From assembly GCA_903827975.1 (NCBI GenBank), contig CAIKKG010000005.1:372-64371 (forward strand): 64,000 nt of DNA, in the 5' to 3' direction. The position numbers and the translations under genes were made by a program. The notes beneath the pieces are model-generated. The model was not told where the DNA came from and ran no database searches. It saw nothing but the letters and a program-made list of their open reading frames with translations. Below, one piece after another: positions 1-9,084 of the stretch (the stretch's first letter is position 1; every line of letters starts with the position of its first letter). This DNA is from an uncultured bacterium (GTDB lineage: Bacteria; Patescibacteriota; Minisyncoccia; UBA6257; GWB1-50-10).

Positions 1-330
1 ACTCCAATTGCAACAGAAGTTAAAAAAGCAGAGGCGCCAATAATCAAAACAGTTGCAGAAATTAAAAAACCAGAACAAGGTGTTGTTACTGAGACGCACG
101 CGCCAGAGGTTATTAAACAGGCGCCAGAAGCACATTTTGAGGCCCCGCGAAGATCAGAGGTTGCAAAACAGGTTACTCAGCATCCGGTTGAGATTCCGCG
201 CGTAGTTGAGGTTAGGAAACCAATTCCTCAGGTTCGTGCTCACGTACCACAACCAGTAGAAGTACAAAAAACAACACCTGAGCCGAAGACTATTTCTTCT
301 CGCATAAACACAAAAAGAATTTGGGAACAG

Positions 331-1818
331 ATGAAATTCTTTTTTGGGCAACTCTCATCAGAGCCACGCGTAGGTGGTCTGCATTTAAGTGACTCAGCAT
401 TAATTTATTCAGATATATTTGGTGGGCTTAAAACCTCTGGAGTAAGACTAACACCTGGGATTATTGTTGGTGGAAAGATTGTAGATGGAAATCAGTTTCG
501 TGTTGCATTAAAACAACTTCATCTAGCTATAGATCCAAGCGGAAGAAAAACTATACCGGTATCCGTAGCACTTCCAGCTAGTGGTATCTATACGCAAAGT
601 TTCACTACACCAAATGTTGGTCGTGAAAGACTTAATGAGTCAGCCCTTCTTAATTTGCAGATGATATCACCAATGTCGACCGATACTTATTATATGAGCT
701 GGCAGCTCCTTCAGGAGACTCCAGATCAGTTTGAATTATTGGGAGCATTTGCTGATAAAAAAGCTGTAGATGAATTTAGGGCACCACTTGAAGAATCATT
801 ATTTTCTCCGGTTGCATTTGAATTTCCAAGTTTAGCACTATCTCGTCTAATCGGCCTAATGGGCAGGGGAGATTCTCATCCCGCAATCCTCCTACAAATC
901 TCAGGGGATGGTTTGAATTTTTCAATATTGAGGAATAATGGTTTGTATTTTGATTATTTCCGCTCCTGGAATTCTATTCAAGAGGGGGAGCGACAGATTA
1001 CAAGAGAAAAACTCGAGGAGGTTGTGACAACAGAGGTTCAGAAGGTTATGAATTTCACTGTTAGTAAGTTTAAGGAAAGCCCAGCAAGACTTTTCTTAGT
1101 CGCCCCAGGATTTGAAAAAGACATGCAGGATTTTATAAAAGGACACTTTGGAATTCCTGTTGCTGTTCTTAAGATAACCACATGGGATGTGTCATCACAG
1201 TGGTATGTCGCAATTGGTTCAGCACTTAGAACTAGTGAGGAGGGTAAAAATGAATTCCTTATTAATCTTGCATCTGAGGAGCTAGGAAAGTTTTTCTATC
1301 GTGAGCAGACATTAAACTTTATTAGATTATGGAGAGGCATATTAGTTGGTGTATTCGCTTTATTCTTTATATTGTTTGCAGGTAGCTCATACTCACTTGC
1401 TCGTGAACTAGAGTCAGTTAACAGTGGGTTCTCAATTTTTACCGCAAACTCATCACTCGCAGAGCTTCAGAAATTAGAAGGAGAGGTTCGTGTTTTCAAC
1501 TCATTTGTTTCTAATATGCGCTCAGTAAAATCTGTGGCATCAGCATGGCCAACGCTTTTCAAAAAGGTTAGCAATGTATCATCTGCTAATGGAATAACAA
1601 TTGATAAGCTGGATTCACCATCTATAAGGGACATGATTACACTTGTTGCGCACGCGTCTACAAGAGAACAAATTATTGATTTTAAAAATGCACTATCCGC
1701 TGATACAAGTAATTTTTCTAATGTTGACCTTCTCGTGTCTCAGATATCAACAAAAGAAGATGGCTCATCAATGTTTAATATTACCTTCAGATTTGTTGGA
1801 GTTGCCCCAGCGAATTAA
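331..1818 (+). CDS. Type IV pilus assembly protein, fused PilM(actin-like)/PilN-like (TM helix ~aa 330-355 then periplasmic tail); frame is open to window start so CDS may extend 5'
   Basis: N-terminus VGGLHLSDSALIY resembles the PilM GLDIGSSSIK start; single TM followed by a ~140-aa tail; reading frame 1 has no stop between nt 1 and 331. Confidence 0.5.
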   Translation: MKFFFGQLSSEPRVGGLHLSDSALIYSDIFGGLKTSGVRLTPGIIVGGKIVDGNQFRVALKQLHLAIDPSGRKTIPVSVALPASGIYTQSFTTPNVGRERLNESALLNLQMISPMSTDTYYMSWQLLQETPDQFELLGAFADKKAVDEFRAPLEESLFSPVAFEFPSLALSRLIGLMGRGDSHPAILLQISGDGLNFSILRNNGLYFDYFRSWNSIQEGERQITREKLEEVVTTEVQKVMNFTVSKFKESPARLFLVAPGFEKDMQDFIKGHFGIPVAVLKITTWDVSSQWYVAIGSALRTSEEGKNEFLINLASEELGKFFYREQTLNFIRLWRGILVGVFALFFILFAGSSYSLARELESVNSGFSIFTANSSLAELQKLEGEVRVFNSFVSNMRSVKSVASAWPTLFKKVSNVSSANGITIDKLDSPSIRDMITLVAHASTREQIIDFKNALSADTSNFSNVDLLVSQISTKEDGSSMFNITFRFVGVAPAN

Positions 1819-1822
1819 TCTT

Positions 1823-2392
1823 CTAAATTAACTCCTTCCTAATTACATCAAAAGCATTCTCAAAATGCTTTTTGTGATTTTGTGATAAAGGTTTTAAAAC
1901 GTATTTTTCTGCACGTATCCTTCTCTTTGTGAAAAAAGTTTTTTGTTCAATACCTACTCGAGCTCTCCAAAATTCTTTCGTGCCAATGTGTTTAACAATA
2001 GATTCAATACCATGATGTCCCGCCTCTCCACGCCCAAATTGTATTTTAAGTTCTCCAATTGGAATATCGGCATCATCCTGAATTACAAGCATATGCTCAG
2101 GCTTAACACTGAAGTATTTCAAAGCATCACGAATAGCTATTCCTGACTCATTCATAAAGACAAGTGGTTGAATAAAAATCTTCCCATCATTTTTAAAAAA
2201 TGAAAATGTTCCAGTACTCGCAGTTACAAAATCCGCATTACCTGCGAGATAGTGGAGCCCTAGAAGTCCCGCATTGTGGTATGTGTTTTCATATTCCTTT
2301 CCTGGATTTCCAAGCCCGGCTATCAAGACCACATCTTTTGGTCCAACTCCTTTGTTATTCAATGTTTTTAACCCATTGTGTTTCTCACTCAT
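1823..2392 (-). CDS. pth: peptidyl-tRNA hydrolase
   Basis: LIAGLGNPG...Y..TYHNAG signature of Pth. Confidence 0.9.
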   Translation of the reverse strand: MSEKHNGLKTLNNKGVGPKDVVLIAGLGNPGKEYENTYHNAGLLGLHYLAGNADFVTASTGTFSFFKNDGKIFIQPLVFMNESGIAIRDALKYFSVKPEHMLVIQDDADIPIGELKIQFGRGEAGHHGIESIVKHIGTKEFWRARVGIEQKTFFTKRRIRAEKYVLKPLSQNHKKHFENAFDVIRKELI

Positions 2393-2450
2393 ATTCGTTA
2401 AAATTATCGCATATTTCGGTTTTTGTTTCTATTAGTCATATTTTTTACGA

Positions 2451-2996
2451 ATGAAAGCATTTTTATGGGCAGTATTCGAAGTAGTTGAAACAGTAGTAAT
2501 CGCCGTGGTTGCGGTTATTTTAGTTCGAACGTTTGTAGCGCAACCATTTCTTGTAAGCGGTTCAAGTATGGAGCCCGGATTTCAGAATGGTGATTATTTA
2601 TTAATTGATGAGTTGGTATATCGTTTTCACGAACCAGTACGTGGTGATGTAGTCGTATTTAAATATCCGTTAGATACTCGTTCATATTATATTAAGCGCG
2701 TAATCGGTCTTCCTGGTGAGCGCGTTGTAGTAGATGGTAGCTCGGTCACCGTATATGAGAAAAACGGTAATAAAGAGTTACTAAAAGAGGAGTATGTTGC
2801 TCGCATGAGTGGTATTGATAAGGGTGATTACACGGTTAAGGATGGCGAGTATTTCGTAATGGGTGATAATCGTGATTTCAGTTATGATTCACGAAGATGG
2901 GGGTTGCTTCCAAAAGCAGACCTAGTTGGGTTAGTTCGCTTTAGATTGTGGCCGATAGATAAGGCGATGGCATTCAGCGAGTACGCATATAATTAA
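2451..2996 (+). CDS. lepB: signal peptidase I
   Basis: N-terminal TM, SGSSMEP catalytic Ser box, GDNRDFSYDSR box. Confidence 0.9.
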   Translation: MKAFLWAVFEVVETVVIAVVAVILVRTFVAQPFLVSGSSMEPGFQNGDYLLIDELVYRFHEPVRGDVVVFKYPLDTRSYYIKRVIGLPGERVVVDGSSVTVYEKNGNKELLKEEYVARMSGIDKGDYTVKDGEYFVMGDNRDFSYDSRRWGLLPKADLVGLVRFRLWPIDKAMAFSEYAYN

Positions 2997-3003
2997 TTAA
3001 AAA

Positions 3004-4308
3004 ATGACCACAAAAATACCACCAAAGAAAAAAGTAAAAAAGGCGGGAAAAGCTAATCTTGAGGCACTTGGTGTTAAAGGAATGTCAGACATTCTTCCTA
3101 AAGACGGTGAACTTTGGAAGCTTATTATGGAGACTGGCAGACATCTTAGTGAGTTGTATGATTTTCATTTTATAGAAACACCAACTCTTGAGTCTCCAGA
3201 AATCTTTTTGGCAGGACTTGGTGAGAAGGCAGAGGAGGCAGCTAAGAAAATGTATTCATTTAAAACTCCTGAGGGTGAGGACGTTGCTTTGCGTCAGGAT
3301 CTTTCTGCTCCTGTATTGCGAAGTTACATCGAACATCACCTTGGTTATTTTGCATCACCACTTAAGGTTTATCACACGGGTTCAGTATTTAGATTCGGAA
3401 AATTAGACAACGGTAATAATAGAGAAATACGTCAGTGGGGATTTGATATTATTGGAGACAATGATGCTGTTTACGATATGCAGGTCATTCTCGCCTCACT
3501 CGAGTTTTTAAAGCAACTTAAGTTTCCTAATCTTAGATTAAAAATAAATACGATGGGTTGCAGGGTTTGTAGAAATAATTATCACGAAAAATTAAAGGCC
3601 TATTTCCGTAAGCAAAAAGTTTGTGGAACTTGTAAGGTAAATGTAGAAGAGAGACCTCTTCGCCTTTTCAAGTGTGTTGAGGCTGAGTGCATTGAAGTAA
3701 GAAAGGAGGCGCCAATTATTTTAGACCACCTTTGTCAGGCTTGTAACAATCACTTTAAAGCTGTTTTGGAATTAGTTGAGGATAACGGAGTTCTATATGA
3801 GCCAGACCCATATTTTGTACGCGAGAAGGAATATTACAGCAGAACAGTATTCGAGATTTATAGTGGTGATTATGAACACTCATTAGCTGGTGGTGGTCGC
3901 TATGATTATCTTTCTGAAATGTTATTTAAGAAAATAATTCCTGGTGTAGGATCTGCACTAAGTTTGGATAGAATTCTTGAGCAGGTTAAGTTGAGAAATA
4001 CAATGCCTCGCGCGAGAAATAATAATAGGGTCTTCTTTATCGCTGTGGGGGAGCAGGCCAAAAAAATGAGTGTGCGTTTCATGAATACTCTGCGCATGAA
4101 TAATATCGCTGTTGTAGAGGCGCTTGGTAAAAAGACTCTTACTGCACAAATGAAATTTGGAGAAAGGGTACGCGCACCACTTGCACTTATATTCGGACAG
4201 AAAGAAGCTTTTGAAAATTCTGTGATTGTTCGTGATACAAAGTCTGGAGCACAGGAGACTGTAATTCTGGAAAAATTGGTTGAGGAGGTTAAAAAGCGCT
4301 TACGATAA
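3004..4308 (+). CDS. hisS: histidyl-tRNA synthetase
   Basis: class II aaRS motifs; HisRS-specific regions (ALRQDLSAP, GGGRYD); C-terminal anticodon-binding domain; insertion domain carries 4 CxxC pairs. Confidence 0.9.
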   Translation: MTTKIPPKKKVKKAGKANLEALGVKGMSDILPKDGELWKLIMETGRHLSELYDFHFIETPTLESPEIFLAGLGEKAEEAAKKMYSFKTPEGEDVALRQDLSAPVLRSYIEHHLGYFASPLKVYHTGSVFRFGKLDNGNNREIRQWGFDIIGDNDAVYDMQVILASLEFLKQLKFPNLRLKINTMGCRVCRNNYHEKLKAYFRKQKVCGTCKVNVEERPLRLFKCVEAECIEVRKEAPIILDHLCQACNNHFKAVLELVEDNGVLYEPDPYFVREKEYYSRTVFEIYSGDYEHSLAGGGRYDYLSEMLFKKIIPGVGSALSLDRILEQVKLRNTMPRARNNNRVFFIAVGEQAKKMSVRFMNTLRMNNIAVVEALGKKTLTAQMKFGERVRAPLALIFGQKEAFENSVIVRDTKSGAQETVILEKLVEEVKKRLR

Positions 4309-4311
4309 AAT

Positions 4312-4722
4312 ATGACGGACTGCATATTCTGTAAGATAGCTAATAAGGAGATTCCATCAGAAATTGTGTATGAAGACGCGCACACCACAGCGATGCTGGA
4401 TATAAATCCAATTTCGCCTGGGCACACAATGATTCTTCCAAAGGTTCACGCCGAGAACATCATTGATATAGGAGACGGTGAGATAGAGCCCCTCTTTAAC
4501 GCTGTTAAACGCGTAACAAGCCTTCTAAACGAAGCACTTCACCCTGATGGGTTCACTATTGGTATTAACCATGGTAAGTGGGCTGGGCAGGCGATAGACC
4601 ACATACATGTTCATGTAATACCAAGGTGGAAGGATGACGGCGGGACCTCGATTCATGGTGTAGTTTCTAATCCACCAAAGGAATCATTGACGGAAATTAA
4701 AAAAAAGATTATAAAGGAATAA
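4312..4722 (+). CDS. HIT-family (histidine triad) nucleotide hydrolase
   Basis: HIHVHVIPR histidine triad motif. Confidence 0.85.
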   Translation: MTDCIFCKIANKEIPSEIVYEDAHTTAMLDINPISPGHTMILPKVHAENIIDIGDGEIEPLFNAVKRVTSLLNEALHPDGFTIGINHGKWAGQAIDHIHVHVIPRWKDDGGTSIHGVVSNPPKESLTEIKKKIIKE

Positions 4723-4730
4723 CTAACTAT

Positions 4731-4943
4731 ATGGCAATCGAAGTAAGAAAAAGAGAAAACGAGACGGCTAGCTCAATGCTTTACCGTTTCAGCAAGAGGG
4801 TCCAGCACGGTGGCGTGGTAAAGGAGGCGCGAAAGCGTCAGTTTACTACAAGAACCGCAAACAGCACGAAACGTCGTGCCGCAGCGCTTTATCGCATAGA
4901 GCGACAGACCGAACTACAAAAGACAAAGAAACGCGGAAAATAA
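4731..4943 (+). CDS. rpsU: 30S ribosomal protein S21
   Basis: 70 aa, basic; MAIEVRKRENE...RFSKRV pattern typical of bS21. Confidence 0.8.
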   Translation: MAIEVRKRENETASSMLYRFSKRVQHGGVVKEARKRQFTTRTANSTKRRAAALYRIERQTELQKTKKRGK

Positions 4944-4962
4944 TCCCGCGTTTTTCTTTTTT
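4930..4962 (+). terminator. rho-independent terminator after rpsU
   Basis: acgcgg/ccgcgt stem followed by T-run; stop codon sits in the loop. Confidence 0.6.
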
Positions 4963-4988
4963 ATATTACCTTTGTATACTACTTACAT

Positions 4989-5447
4989 ATGACACTTCAA
5001 GAAAAAATACGAGCAGACTTTATGACAGCGTTCAAAGCCCGAAATACTGATGTTGTTGAAACACTCAGACTTCTTTCTTCAGACCTTCATAATCGCGGAA
5101 TAGAAAAGAAGGGCAAGGGAGGGGATGAGGCGCTTACCGACGAGGAGACTCTAGAAATAATTCGTCGTGAGGCAAAGAGACGCAAAGAGGCTATAGTTTT
5201 ATATACTCAGGGTAATCGAGCTGATCTGGTTGCTCAGGAAGAAAAAGAACTTAAGGTTTTAGAGACATATCTACCTACACTTATGGGAGAGGATGAGATA
5301 AGGGTAGTTGTTGAAAAAGTTGTCGCGGATTATGGAGCTATTGATGCAAAGGACTTTGGTAAGGTTATGGGTGTTGCTATGAAAGAGTTAAAAGGAAAGG
5401 CAGATGCAGCACTTGTTACAAAAATTCTCAAAGAAAAAATCTCCTAA
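4989..5447 (+). CDS. GatB/YqeY-domain protein
   Basis: whole-length similarity to the YqeY family (LKEAMKARDK-type N-terminus, C-terminal GatB-like helix bundle). Confidence 0.8.
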   Translation: MTLQEKIRADFMTAFKARNTDVVETLRLLSSDLHNRGIEKKGKGGDEALTDEETLEIIRREAKRRKEAIVLYTQGNRADLVAQEEKELKVLETYLPTLMGEDEIRVVVEKVVADYGAIDAKDFGKVMGVAMKELKGKADAALVTKILKEKIS

Positions 5448-5460
5448 ATTAATAAACTAA

Positions 5461-5489
5461 ATCCGCCAAACCAGGCGGATTTTTTATTG
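5461..5489 (+). terminator. rho-independent terminator
   Basis: atccgcc-aaacca-ggcggat followed by TTTTTT. Confidence 0.65.
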
Positions 5490-5513
5490 ACCGCATATAT
5501 AAAAAGATGTTTA

Positions 5514-5999
5514 ATGAGCGAAGTAATTTACCACGAAGTGGAGGTGTGTGTGACGCAAGAAAAGCGCATGCCAGGCCTTACACATCTGCCGTTGTGGCAG
5601 GAGTGTTTTTATTGGCTCGTACTACGTGATCCACAAAATGCACGAATTGTTATGCATCGCATTAAGGTAGAGCAACTTGATGAAGCAATTCTCATAAAAT
5701 TTCTTAATTCGGAAACATCAGAGATTCGCGATCTCGGAAGGGAGTTAGTTATCATGAGAGAATTTAAGGAAGAAAAGGCGGGCAGTATCAAGGAGTCGTT
5801 CTTTCGCCTATTTATTTTCGTGAGCATGTGTGTGGCACTCGTTTGGTTTTTTTCTTTTGCATTTGTAAAAAAACCAGACATTGTTTCGACAGGGCAGGGG
5901 GCCGGGTATCTTGCCGGATTCGGCATACTCTTTGGTGTCGCCGCCTTGTGTGAACTCGCCATTCTTTTCTCACACCTTTATCGTCGTATATTTAAGTAA
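5514..5999 (+). CDS. hypothetical protein with C-terminal TM helices (start uncertain; the track ORF uses a TTG inside the upstream terminator)
   Basis: ORF with hydrophobic C-terminal segments; first in-frame ATG at 5514. Confidence 0.35.
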   Translation: MSEVIYHEVEVCVTQEKRMPGLTHLPLWQECFYWLVLRDPQNARIVMHRIKVEQLDEAILIKFLNSETSEIRDLGRELVIMREFKEEKAGSIKESFFRLFIFVSMCVALVWFFSFAFVKKPDIVSTGQGAGYLAGFGILFGVAALCELAILFSHLYRRIFK

Positions 6000-6010
6000 T
6001 TGTTTTACAA

Positions 6011-6033
6011 GCCCCGTTTTCGGGGCTTTTTTG
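6011..6033 (+). terminator. rho-independent terminator
   Basis: gccccg-tttt-cggggc followed by TTTTTT. Confidence 0.6.
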
Positions 6034-6053
6034 TAAAATTACTTATTTTTTCT

Positions 6054-6059
6054 TACAAT
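6054..6059 (+). promoter_or_regulatory. -10 TACAAT 7 nt upstream of ybeY ATG (leaderless)
   Basis: cttacaat aaggcta ATG. Confidence 0.35.
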
Positions 6060-6066
6060 AAGGCTA

Positions 6067-6498
6067 ATGACTCACACTGATAAACTATTAATGAACTTTT
6101 CCGACAAGCGCTTTTCTTCTCGTGCAAAAAAAGTAGAGAAAGTTTTGAGTGATGCTCTACTAATTTTAAAGAAAAAAAATGTTTCACTGGAGGTGCATTT
6201 ATTGACTGATAAAGAGATGAGGTCAGTAAACAAGAAAACGCGTGGTAAAAATGAGCCAACAAATGTACTTAGTTTTGAGACCAATGGGTTTCCGCTTGTA
6301 GATGAGGGTGGGGTTGTATATCTCGGGGAGATTTATCTGGCGCCCGATACAATAACTGCGCGCAAGGAAAACATAACATTTCTAGCAATTCATGGACTTT
6401 TCCACCTTTTTGGATATACGCATGATGAGAAGCGTGATATTATGAAAATGGAAAGAGCGGAAGATTCACTGCTCGCGAAGCTCGCCGAGCGTTTATAA
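6067..6498 (+). CDS. ybeY: rRNA maturation endoribonuclease YbeY
   Basis: HGLFHLFGYTHDE = HxxxHxxGxxH zinc motif of YbeY. Confidence 0.85.
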   Translation: MTHTDKLLMNFSDKRFSSRAKKVEKVLSDALLILKKKNVSLEVHLLTDKEMRSVNKKTRGKNEPTNVLSFETNGFPLVDEGGVVYLGEIYLAPDTITARKENITFLAIHGLFHLFGYTHDEKRDIMKMERAEDSLLAKLAERL

Positions 6499-6520
6499 TT
6501 TTTGTCACTATTTTTGCACT

Positions 6521-7741
6521 ATGTCATCACTCGTCACAAGCTTAGATATCGGCTCATCACAAATTAAGTGTATTGTTACTGCACCAAAAAAAGACGGAAC
6601 ACTTGCTGTTGTTACGGCATTTAAACGACCCTCGGCTGGATTTAAGCGTGGAGTGTTATCAGATATTGATGATGCTACAAATACACTTCGAGAGGTTGCA
6701 ATTGATTTGCAACGCATTTCAAAACGCGCAACAGAAAATGTTGTAGCAAATCTTAATAGTGAACACGTATGGTCCAGGAGTTCTAAAGGAATGGCGGCCG
6801 TTGGTCGCGCAGACCTTGAGATTCAGCAGGACGATATCGATCGCGCAAAACAGGCTGCAATAGCAGGAAAGGTTTTACAAAATCGAATGTTGCTTCACAA
6901 TATTTCGCGCGAATTTTTAGTTGATGGCGTTGGAGATATTGCTGACCCACTTGGTATGTCAGGGAATCGACTAGAGGTTAGTACATTTATAGTAGAAGCA
7001 TTTACTCCACACTACGCAATTCTTACAAAAACATTAGAGCGCGTGGGGCTTTCAATGAATGGAATTGTTTTTAATCCGCTCGCATCTCAAAAGTCTGTAC
7101 TTTCAAAACATAGAAAAGAACTTGGAGCACTTGTAATTGATTTTGGTTTTGGAACAACATCATTTGCTGCTTATGAGGATGGTAGACCAATTCACGCAAA
7201 GAGCATTCCTATCGGCACGAGTCATATTACAAGTGATATTGTTGCAGGATTCACAATTCCATTTGAGGTTGCTGAAAAATTAAAGGTTTCATACGGATAT
7301 GCAATTTCTAAAGATATAGCTCGCAAAGACCTAATAAGACTTTCCGAAGTTGATCCACAAAACAACACTGAAGTTTCTAAAAAGGTATTAAGTGAGATTA
7401 TCGAAGCCCGCCTTGAAGAAATATTGGAACTTGTGAATAATGAGATAAAGGGACTTGGAAGAAATATACAATTTCCTGGAGGAGTGGTAATAACTGGTGG
7501 TGGCGTTAAGATGCCAGGCATGACAGAGTTTGTGAAGCAGGAGATGAAATTTCCCACTCAGGTTGGCTTCCCAGACTTAAAAAACTTTGAAATAACCAAT
7601 CCAGCACACGCAGAATTGCTGGACGATCCTGAATTTGCTGTTGCTGTCGGACTTTTTGGCAACATGGAAGAAAGTAGAAGAGCGGACGGCGGTGGAATGT
7701 TTGAAAAATTCAAGCACATCCTTAGAAATCTTACCCCATAA
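6521..7741 (+). CDS. ftsA: cell division protein FtsA
   Basis: actin-fold ATPase; SLDIGSSQIKCIV N-terminus; located directly upstream of ftsZ. Confidence 0.9.
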   Translation: MSSLVTSLDIGSSQIKCIVTAPKKDGTLAVVTAFKRPSAGFKRGVLSDIDDATNTLREVAIDLQRISKRATENVVANLNSEHVWSRSSKGMAAVGRADLEIQQDDIDRAKQAAIAGKVLQNRMLLHNISREFLVDGVGDIADPLGMSGNRLEVSTFIVEAFTPHYAILTKTLERVGLSMNGIVFNPLASQKSVLSKHRKELGALVIDFGFGTTSFAAYEDGRPIHAKSIPIGTSHITSDIVAGFTIPFEVAEKLKVSYGYAISKDIARKDLIRLSEVDPQNNTEVSKKVLSEIIEARLEEILELVNNEIKGLGRNIQFPGGVVITGGGVKMPGMTEFVKQEMKFPTQVGFPDLKNFEITNPAHAELLDDPEFAVAVGLFGNMEESRRADGGGMFEKFKHILRNLTP

Positions 7742-7746
7742 AACTC

Positions 7747-8964
7747 ATGAAAAAGAAAAAAGTAGAAGTTAAAAAAATAAAACCAAAGCAGGTAAGCGCT
7801 CCAACGAGTCAACCAGCTAGTGCAAAGAAAAAAATTTCTCAGAATTTTGCGAGAATAAAAGTTATTGGTGTTGGTGGTGGAGGAGGTAATGCAATTTCTC
7901 GAATGATGAACTCTGATCGTATTCGTGGTGTTCAGTATATTGCAATAAATACAGATGCGCAGGATTTGGATTATGCATCTGCACATAAGAAAATTTATAT
8001 CGGCAAGGCGCTTACAAAAGGATTGGGCGCAGGAATGAATCCTGAAATCGGTAAGCAGGCAGCAGAAGAGAACCGCTCTGAAATTGGAGAAGAATTAGAT
8101 GATGCTGATATTGTATTTGTAACAGCAGGACTTGGTGGTGGTACTGGAAGTGGAGCTGGTCCAGTTGTCGCTGAAATCGCAAAAGAAAAAGGAATACTAA
8201 CAGTGGGTATCGTTACGAGACCATTTATGTTTGAAGGCGCACAACGAGCAGCGATTGCAAATGAGGCGCTTGGAAAATTTAAAGAAAAAGTTGATGCACT
8301 TGTTGTAATTCCTAATGACAGAGTTTTTGGACTTATCGATAAAGATACTTCTTTGATAAAAGCATACAGCTTTATTGATGAGGTTTTAAAAAATGGTGTT
8401 AAATCTTTGTCCGAATTAATTAATACTCCAGGACTTATCAATGTTGATTTTGCAGATGTGAAAGCAATCTTGCGTGATGCGGGTCAGACACTTATTGGAA
8501 TAGGAATTGCAGGAGGACAGGATCGAAGTATTAAAGCAGCGAACCTCGCAATCAATTCTCCTCTTCTCGAGGTTTCAATTGATGGGGCAAGAAATGTTTT
8601 ATTTAGTATTGCCGGAGGTCGCGATGTTAAAATGTCAGAAGTTAATGACATTGCTAGGGCAGTCGCTTCAAATCTCGATGCAAACGCGCGTGTTATTTTC
8701 GGAGTTTACAATGACAACAGCTTAAAAGATAAAAGTATTAAGGTCACAGTTATTGCAACTGGTTTTAATGGAACATTTTCAACAAGAATTGTAACCCCAA
8801 CACTTTTTATGATGGATGAGATTCCTAGTGCACCAAAAGCTACAGAACCAAAAGAGAAAACTTCGACTCCAACTGTTGAAAAGGACAAAACACCTAAAAA
8901 TATGCCCGATGAGCATGAAGAGTCATGGGACATACCCGCATTTTTGAGAAAAAAGAAGAAATAG
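7747..8964 (+). CDS. ftsZ: cell division GTPase FtsZ
   Basis: GVGGGGGNAI and GLGGGTGSGAGP tubulin signature motifs. Confidence 0.95.
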   Translation: MKKKKVEVKKIKPKQVSAPTSQPASAKKKISQNFARIKVIGVGGGGGNAISRMMNSDRIRGVQYIAINTDAQDLDYASAHKKIYIGKALTKGLGAGMNPEIGKQAAEENRSEIGEELDDADIVFVTAGLGGGTGSGAGPVVAEIAKEKGILTVGIVTRPFMFEGAQRAAIANEALGKFKEKVDALVVIPNDRVFGLIDKDTSLIKAYSFIDEVLKNGVKSLSELINTPGLINVDFADVKAILRDAGQTLIGIGIAGGQDRSIKAANLAINSPLLEVSIDGARNVLFSIAGGRDVKMSEVNDIARAVASNLDANARVIFGVYNDNSLKDKSIKVTVIATGFNGTFSTRIVTPTLFMMDEIPSAPKATEPKEKTSTPTVEKDKTPKNMPDEHEESWDIPAFLRKKKK

Positions 8965-8987
8965 TACTGGAATAAGTGAGTAAATGA

Positions 8988-9015
8988 GCCGCCTTTGACA
9001 GGCGGTTTGTTTTTA
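8988..9015 (+). terminator. rho-independent terminator after ftsZ
   Basis: gccgcc-tttgaca-ggcggt followed by a T-run. Confidence 0.6.
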
Positions 9016-9068
9016 GTCTTTTTGAGCGGCTTATACACAGATTTTTTGCTATTTTTTTATTCTTTTTT

Positions 9069-9077
9069 TGGTATAGT
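9069..9077 (+). promoter_or_regulatory. extended -10 TGGTATAGT 7 nt upstream of nrdJ ATG 9085 (leaderless)
   Basis: TGn + TATAGT. Confidence 0.4.
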
Positions 9078-9084
9078 TTGTGCT

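Noticed and set aside
8995-9084. Upstream extension of the nrdJ ORF (MTGGLFLVFLSG...)
   Set aside because: It overlaps the ftsZ terminator and the promoter. The conserved RNR N-terminus begins at MANKKPD (9085), directly after a TGGTATAGT -10.
8965-9084. Cobalamin riboswitch upstream of B12-dependent nrdJ
   Set aside because: The intergenic region is only ~120 nt. It is mostly terminator and promoter and has no B12-box-like GCCACTG element.
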